Assembly (NCBI GenBank): GCA_949297305.1
Contig: CASFSG010000018.1
Location: 4,901-68,900, forward strand
DNA: 64,000 nucleotides
Direction: 5' to 3'
DNA from: an uncultured bacterium
GTDB lineage: Bacteria; Bacillota_I; Bacilli_A; RFN20; CAG-826
Notes under the pieces: model-generated
What the model saw: the letters and a program-made list of their open reading frames with translations, nothing else
Told to the model about the DNA's origin: nothing
Database searches by the model: none
Part shown: piece after piece, positions 58,590 to 64,000 of the stretch
How positions within the stretch are numbered: the first letter of the stretch is position 1
How the letters are laid out: each line of letters starts with the position of its first letter
Made by a program: the position numbers and the translations under genes

Positions 58590-61340
58590 ATGTTTGAAAC
58601 CAAATCGCTTAAGCAAGTTGGTGAGGAGCTTAATGTTGATTTTAAACGTGGCCTTAGTTCTATAGAAGCTAAAGAACGTTTAAATAAGTATGGCAAAAAC
58701 GCTTTAGAAGAGAAGAAAAAGAAAAATGTCTTTTTAGTTTTCTTATCGCAACTTAATGACCCGATGATTTATGTTTTAATTGCCGCTGCTTTGATTTCTT
58801 TAGGCATTGCAATTTTTGAAACTATTCGTGGTGGCGAAGGAGGCGTTGCTGAATTTGCTGATGTCATCATCATCTTTGCGGTTATTTTACTTAATGCCAT
58901 TATTGGAACTGTACAAGAAGTTAAAGCCGAGCACGCTTTAGAGGCGCTAAAAAAATTATCTTCTCCTGAATCGCTTGTTCGTCGCGATGGACAATTAATT
59001 AAAATTAAATCGGAAGAGTTAGTTCCTGGCGATGTCATCATCATCGAAGAGGGCGATACGATTGGGGCAGATGTTCGTTTGATCGAAACTTTTAATTTTA
59101 AAAGTGACGAATCTTCTTTGACTGGTGAATCTTTACCAATCGAAAAAGATGCTTCGATTGTTTTTAGTGAAGAAGTAGGCGTTGGTGATCGCGTCAATTG
59201 TGCTTATTCTTCTACTCCTTGCGTTTATGGTCGCGGTGAAGGCGTTGTTATCAATACTGGTATGAATACCGAAATTGGTAAGATAGCTACTTTATTACAA
59301 AACGAAAAAGAAGAGCAAACACCCTTGCAAAAACGCTTAGCTGATTTATCGAAACTATTAGGCATTTTAGCAATCGTCATCGTCGTTTTGATGTTTGGCG
59401 TTGGCCTTATCTATGCTTGGGTCGGTGAGAATTTAGGTTTAGACTCTGTTATTGAATTATTCATGAACGCGATTGCTTTAGCGGTAGCAGCGGTGCCAGA
59501 AGGGTTACCAGCTGTAGTAACGATCGTTTTAGCATTCGGTGTCCAAAGAATGGTAAAGGCTAATACGATTGTGCGAAAATTGCCATCGGTAGAAACCCTC
59601 GGCGCTGTTAGTTATGTATGTTCGGATAAAACCGGAACCTTAACGCAAAACAAGATGACTGTTGTCAAAACTTTCTATGATGGCAAAGTTTATACACAAG
59701 AAGAATTTAATCAAGATAATTCTTATGAGTTGGCTAGCGGCATGGCTCTAAGTAGCAATGCCTCAATTGAAAATGGCGTTCATGGTGATCCGACCGAAGT
59801 TGCCTTAGTGACTTTTCTCGATCAAATTGGCTTTAAAAAATCGCAAGTCGAGAATCTTATGCCGCGCATCGATGAATATCCTTTCGATTCTAATCGCAAG
59901 ATGATGTCAACACTTCATCAAGATAAGAATGAAAAAGTTATGTATACGAAAGGGGCTATCGATAATATCTTAAAACATACAACCCATCTCATTAAAAATG
60001 GTAAAGTCGTTAAAATTACTAAAGAAGATATTACTTTTATCGAAAAGAAGGCAAGCGAATTTTCAAAAGATGCCTTGCGCGTTTTAGCTCTAGCAAAGCG
60101 CTACATCGATAAAATTGAAGAAGATAATTTAATCTTTGTTGGTTTTGTTGGAATGGTCGATCCGGCTCGTCCAGAGGCTAAGCATGCCGTCGATATCTTT
60201 AAAGGCGCGGGTATTACTACGATTATGATTACTGGCGATCACAAAGATACGGCATACGCCATCGCGAGTGAACTTGGTATTTGTTCTAGACCTGAAGAAT
60301 GTTTAAGTGGTTATGAACTCGATGGTTTAACTGATTTAGAAGTGCAGGAAAAAGTTAAAAATGTTCGTGTTTTTGCTCGTGTCTCACCAGAAAATAAAGT
60401 CCAAATTGTTAAAGCTTTTAAAGCAAACGGCTCAATCGTTGCAATGACAGGCGATGGCGTTAATGACGCGCCTTCATTAAAAGCGGCCGATATTGGTATT
60501 GCAATGGGCATCACTGGTACTGATGTCGCTAAAGGGGCTGCTGATATGGTTTTAACCGATGATAACTTTGCCTCAATTGAAAAGGCAGTTGAAGAGGGTA
60601 GAGGCATATATGCGAATATCAAAAAGACCGTTTGGTTCTTACTTTCGAGCAATATTGGTGAGGTTGTTGCGATGTTTGTGGCGGCTATTTTAGGTTTGCC
60701 TTCACCTCTTATTGCCACTCAAATTCTGTGGGTTAATTTAATTACTGACTCTTTACCTGCTATTGCTTTAGGTAGCGATGATAAAGATCCTGATATTATG
60801 AAAGAAAAACCCCGCGGCATCAAAGAGTCGCTATTTAGTCATGGTGGTTATTATGCCATCTTTGGTTATGGAGCTTTAATTGGTGTTTTAACTTTAATTG
60901 CTTTCTTGTTCTTACCTCTAGTGGAAATCGGACAAGGTCTCCATCCTGAAGTTAATAGTCTATCGACTTTTATTACCATGCTTAATAGCGAAGATAATTT
61001 TGAGTTATTACAAAAGGCTGAAACGATGGCCTTCTCGGTCCTAGGCATTTCACAATTATTTCACATGTTAGGAATGCGCAATATCCATAAATCTTTCATC
61101 CATGTTTTTAAGAGTAAAAACTGGGTGATGCTTCTCGCTTTTATTCTTGGCATCGGACTACAATTCTTCGTTGTGGAAGTTCCAGGTGTTTCGACTTTCT
61201 TTGGTTGCTATCAGATTGATGGTGTTGAATGGCTTTATGTTATCGCTTTAGCCATTGTACCTTTACTCATTCATGAAGTTGCCGTCTTTATTGCATGGAT
61301 TGTTAAGAAAATTCATCATAGAAATAAAAAAGCGCATTAG
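58590..61340 (+). CDS. P2A-type cation (Ca2+/Mn2+) transporting ATPase
   Basis: TGES, PEGL, DKTGTLT, KGA, TGD, GDGVND, SSNIGE, NLITD; GGAGG RBS favours ATG 58590. Confidence 0.95.
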   Translation: MFETKSLKQVGEELNVDFKRGLSSIEAKERLNKYGKNALEEKKKKNVFLVFLSQLNDPMIYVLIAAALISLGIAIFETIRGGEGGVAEFADVIIIFAVILLNAIIGTVQEVKAEHALEALKKLSSPESLVRRDGQLIKIKSEELVPGDVIIIEEGDTIGADVRLIETFNFKSDESSLTGESLPIEKDASIVFSEEVGVGDRVNCAYSSTPCVYGRGEGVVINTGMNTEIGKIATLLQNEKEEQTPLQKRLADLSKLLGILAIVIVVLMFGVGLIYAWVGENLGLDSVIELFMNAIALAVAAVPEGLPAVVTIVLAFGVQRMVKANTIVRKLPSVETLGAVSYVCSDKTGTLTQNKMTVVKTFYDGKVYTQEEFNQDNSYELASGMALSSNASIENGVHGDPTEVALVTFLDQIGFKKSQVENLMPRIDEYPFDSNRKMMSTLHQDKNEKVMYTKGAIDNILKHTTHLIKNGKVVKITKEDITFIEKKASEFSKDALRVLALAKRYIDKIEEDNLIFVGFVGMVDPARPEAKHAVDIFKGAGITTIMITGDHKDTAYAIASELGICSRPEECLSGYELDGLTDLEVQEKVKNVRVFARVSPENKVQIVKAFKANGSIVAMTGDGVNDAPSLKAADIGIAMGITGTDVAKGAADMVLTDDNFASIEKAVEEGRGIYANIKKTVWFLLSSNIGEVVAMFVAAILGLPSPLIATQILWVNLITDSLPAIALGSDDKDPDIMKEKPRGIKESLFSHGGYYAIFGYGALIGVLTLIAFLFLPLVEIGQGLHPEVNSLSTFITMLNSEDNFELLQKAETMAFSVLGISQLFHMLGMRNIHKSFIHVFKSKNWVMLLAFILGIGLQFFVVEVPGVSTFFGCYQIDGVEWLYVIALAIVPLLIHEVAVFIAWIVKKIHHRNKKAH

Positions 61341-61353
61341 TAATTAATAATTT

Positions 61354-61384
61354 TTCTTAGGGCGAGGAAGTTTCGCCCTAAGAA
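61354..61384 (+). terminator. Strong stem-loop after the ATPase
   Basis: TTCTTAGGGCGA...TCGCCCTAAGAA 12-bp inverted repeat. Confidence 0.8.
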
Positions 61385-61445
61385 TGAAAGTTTTAAAATA
61401 ATTATTGATATCTAAAAATTACGATATATAATATAAAAGCGCTCC

Positions 61446-61522
61446 GCCGTCGTGGCTCAACTCGGTAGAGCAACTGTCTCGTAATCAGTAGGTTGAAGGT
61501 TCAAATCCTTTCGACGGCACCA
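61446..61522 (+). tRNA. tRNA-Thr (CGT)
   Basis: GCCGTCG/CGACGGC acceptor, loop CTCGTAA, encoded CCA; upstream TTGATA-16-TATAAT. Confidence 0.93.
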
Positions 61523-61551
61523 TTTTGAGCAATACTCACTGAGATAAATAT

Positions 61552-61627
61552 GGATGTTTAGCTCAGCTGGGAGAGCATCTGTTTGACGTACAGAAGGTCA
61601 CAGGTTCGAGCCCTGTAGCATCCACCA
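61552..61627 (+). tRNA. tRNA-Val (GAC)
   Basis: TCTGT-TTGACGT-ACAGA anticodon arm, GGTTCGAGCCC T arm, encoded CCA. Confidence 0.95.
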
Positions 61628-61640
61628 TCTTAGCGCATAA

Positions 61641-61667
61641 AATATCTGGCTTAGTCCAGATTTTTTT
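61641..61667 (+). terminator. Terminator of the tRNA pair
   Basis: ATCTGG-CTTAGT-CCAGAT followed by a T run. Confidence 0.8.
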
Positions 61668-61858
61668 ATTTTTGCATTCGATTTGCTATTTAAAACTTAC
61701 CATAAATAATAATTTTTTTCTTAATAATGTCCGTAAAATTCATATTTTTTATAATTAGGAAGAAAATTATATATTCAAATATTTGAATATTGCGGTTAAT
61801 TTATTTAAAATAATAATGATTTAAATTGATTTTTAGTTAAACAATGGGGAGCGAGTTT

Positions 61859-62242
61859 ATGACTAAAAAGAATGAAACTATTTTAGATGATAATAGTGAT
61901 GGTGTTGTTTATATTGAAGAAGCTTTAAATAATAATGACACAACCCGTCCTTTAAAAACACCTCATCTTGACGAAAAGACTATTGCGACGGTGAAGAAAA
62001 TTCCTAGCGACGGTCGTTATTCGCTTTTCAAAGATAAAACAAAGGCTAATGAAGGTGATGTTTATCATATTGTTCGCCGCGATGATTTAGCTATTTATGA
62101 AATTCGTCGTTTGAAAGATGAATATCCTTTAAAGATTTTTGGTCGCGAAATTGAAGCGATTGAATATGGCAAATTATTAATTAAAAATTTTGGTGTCTCG
62201 GTTTTATTGCATGGTCGAGATGGTAAAGTACGAACTTTATAG
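61859..62242 (+). CDS. DUF2188-like domain protein with N-terminal extension
   Basis: YHIV...EAIEYGK...LHGRDGKVR; GGGGAG RBS favours ATG 61859. Confidence 0.6.
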   Translation: MTKKNETILDDNSDGVVYIEEALNNNDTTRPLKTPHLDEKTIATVKKIPSDGRYSLFKDKTKANEGDVYHIVRRDDLAIYEIRRLKDEYPLKIFGREIEAIEYGKLLIKNFGVSVLLHGRDGKVRTL

Positions 62243-62255
62243 GGGAGATTGAGTT

Positions 62256-63326
62256 ATGAAAAGTAAGAAAGCATCAATAGCATTAATTAGTGTCGCTAGC
62301 GCATTATCATTAGTGACTTTGCTTTTATTTCTATTATTTGAAAGCAACTATTTTACCGACTTTACTAGAGTCGTATCTTTGTTTCAAGGCTTGATAGATT
62401 TTAATAATTTTACTATTTATTCTGTTTCTTTGTTGGTTTATGCTCTCGCCTATGTTTTATTTGGCTTAGCAGCTTTTTTAACTTTAATAATCTTAGGAGC
62501 AAAGAAACATCGTTATATCGACATTTTATTTGCCTTTTTAATATGCATGGTATGCCTAATTAGTGCAGCAGAAACATCACTATTAATTTATTCGTTTGTT
62601 GCTCTAAGTCCAAATTTAGAAATATTTTTTATTGAAGTAATTATCATCAGTGTTTGCGAAATTTGCTTTATTTTATCAATCGTTTCTTTTGCTTTAGAAG
62701 TCAAAATTTTGATATCAATTAACTCAAGCAATGAATCTAAAACTCTTTTAGAGGAAGAGAAAGAAAGTTCAAATGAGGAAAATATTACTGATAATAATTC
62801 TTTAGCATCGAATGAAGCAGTATCAGAAAATAAAATTTCTTTAGCAGATTTAACTATTCGACAAAATTCGGTTGAAATCCAAGAAGAAAATAATGCGAAT
62901 GATAGTGAACAAAAGGTCGTCGAAGAATCTCAAGTGGTTGATTCTAATAACGAAAGTAACGCAGAAGTCGTCTCTGAAAATATTCAAGAAGACACTTCTA
63001 TGAAGAAAGCGACATCGAGAAATAGAGCTGATAAGAGACCAGTTTCTACTATAGAAAGTAAAGCCCAAGTTGCTAGTAAATATAATACGCGTTCAAAACC
63101 TCGCAAAAAAGTTGCTCCTAAACTTCCTAGTGGGGCGGTGAAGGCCTATCATATTTCTCAAAGAGCTGATTTGCATAAATGGCAAGTGAAAGCGAGTGGG
63201 GCTGAAAAGGCAATTAAATTGTTTTCAACTCAACAAGAAGCGATTCAATACGCTAAGACGATGGCGGCTAATCAAGGGATCTCAATTCGCGTTCATGGTC
63301 GCGATGGCAAAATAAGGAGTATATAA
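62256..63326 (+). CDS. 4-TM membrane protein with disordered linker and C-terminal DUF2188 domain
   Basis: YHIS...KWQVKASGAEKAIKLFSTQQEAIQYAK...VHGRDGKIR. Confidence 0.78.
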   Translation: MKSKKASIALISVASALSLVTLLLFLLFESNYFTDFTRVVSLFQGLIDFNNFTIYSVSLLVYALAYVLFGLAAFLTLIILGAKKHRYIDILFAFLICMVCLISAAETSLLIYSFVALSPNLEIFFIEVIIISVCEICFILSIVSFALEVKILISINSSNESKTLLEEEKESSNEENITDNNSLASNEAVSENKISLADLTIRQNSVEIQEENNANDSEQKVVEESQVVDSNNESNAEVVSENIQEDTSMKKATSRNRADKRPVSTIESKAQVASKYNTRSKPRKKVAPKLPSGAVKAYHISQRADLHKWQVKASGAEKAIKLFSTQQEAIQYAKTMAANQGISIRVHGRDGKIRSI

Positions 63327-63348
63327 TAAAAAAAGGGGAGAAGAAATT

Positions 63349-63552
63349 ATGGGAAAGATATATCACATCTCTAAACGTAAAGAAGATGGCAAGTGGCAAG
63401 TTAAGGCTGAAAAGTCTGAAAAAGCAGTAAAACTCTTCTGGACAAAAGAAGAGGCGGTTAAATACGCTAAAGAATTGGCGGAACGCAACGATGCTTCAAC
63501 CGCCTTTCACGCTTCAAAAGGTAAAAATAAAGGTAAATTGCAAAAGCATTAA
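63349..63552 (+). CDS. Stand-alone DUF2188 protein
   Basis: YHISKR..GKWQVKAEKSEKAVKLFWTKEEAVKYAK; GGGGAG RBS. Confidence 0.8.
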   Translation: MGKIYHISKRKEDGKWQVKAEKSEKAVKLFWTKEEAVKYAKELAERNDASTAFHASKGKNKGKLQKH

Positions 63553-63565
63553 GCTTTTGCTTCTT

Positions 63566-63639
63566 GCATCCATAGTTTAATGGTAGAACTTTTGCTTCCC
63601 AAGCAAAAAGTACGAGTTCGATTCTCGCTGGATGCTCCA
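63566..63639 (+). tRNA. tRNA-Gly (CCC)
   Basis: GCATCCA/TGGATGC acceptor, TTTGC-TTCCCAA-GCAAA anticodon arm, U73 discriminator, encoded CCA. Confidence 0.92.
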
Positions 63640-63686
63640 AACAACAACAATTTTTACTAAGATAAATGCAAGGAGAAGCTAAGACG

Positions 63687-64000
63687 ATGAACAAATTTAT
63701 GCGCGCAGCAATTAAAGAAGCCTATAAAGGAATTAATCGTGGTCATGGCGGTCCTTTTGGAGCGGTAATTGTTAAAGATGGTCAAATTGTTGGCCGAGGC
63801 CATAATCAAGTTGTCAAAAATAATGATCCAACTTGTCATGGTGAAATGATGGCGATTCATGCTGCTTGCAAAAAATTAAAAACTTTTGATTTATCTGGCT
63901 GCGAAATTTACACTACGGGCGAACCTTGTCCGATGTGTATGGGAGCAATTTTATGGTCTAATATCGATAAGATTTATTATGGTTGCAATATTATCGACAC
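63687..64000 (+). CDS. guaD: Guanine/nucleoside deaminase (CDA fold), 3'-truncated; absent from ORF track
   Basis: Manual translation MNKFMRAAIKEA...GGPFGAVIVKDG...NDPTCHGE...FDLSGCEIYTTGEPCPMC. Confidence 0.85.
   Translation, partial: MNKFMRAAIKEAYKGINRGHGGPFGAVIVKDGQIVGRGHNQVVKNNDPTCHGEMMAIHAACKKLKTFDLSGCEIYTTGEPCPMCMGAILWSNIDKIYYGCNIID

Noticed and set aside
58430..58696. 88-aa minus-strand ORF
   Set aside because: Antisense to the riboswitch and ATPase start; no recognisable protein features.
61473..61489. T-T mismatch closing the tRNA-Thr anticodon stem as a sign of pseudogenisation
   Set aside because: The rest of the cloverleaf, promoter and CCA are intact; a single mismatch at 31-39 is tolerated.
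63467..63860. Two minus-strand ORFs (75 and 67 aa)
   Set aside because: Shadows of tRNA-Gly and the plus-strand deaminase.
1..64000. CRISPR array, IS/integrase, prophage or genetic code 4
   Set aside because: No spaced direct repeats, recombinase or phage genes seen; TGA terminates several coupled genes and long ORFs are intact under code 11.

Overview
Low-GC, gene-dense chromosomal segment read with the standard bacterial code (TGA is used as stop; tRNA-Trp has a CCA anticodon). Gene style suggests a reduced-genome gut Bacillota/Bacilli organism (inference). Main blocks: (1) 3' part of a cadA-type P1B ATPase. (2) A ~14 kb, mostly translationally coupled locus (2510-16535) with three SipW-type signal-peptide proteins (TasA-like fibre candidates), a SipW-type peptidase, a membrane-anchored McrB-like AAA+ protein, a DUF2357/McrC-like partner with no visible nuclease motif, an ABC exporter and two large surface proteins. 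This is the best candidate for an undescribed system. (3) nadE with an N-terminal Phd/YefM-like domain and no glutaminase Cys. (4) Housekeeping genes: tandem CNNM, GT2-GtrA, DegV, tRNA-Trp, acyltransferase, cca, MATE. (5) A ~25 kb lipoprotein-rich, LacI-associated polysaccharide utilisation locus with GH2, four GH43, three esterases and an ABC importer whose ATPase is 917 aa and internally repeated. (6) xth, GH13 and a flavoprotein on the minus strand. (7) A compact yybP-ykoY riboswitch ahead of a P2A ATPase. (8) Three more tRNAs, three DUF2188-like genes and the start of a guanine-deaminase-like gene. No CRISPR array, transposase or integrase was seen. All family calls come from motif recognition by eye, not database searches.
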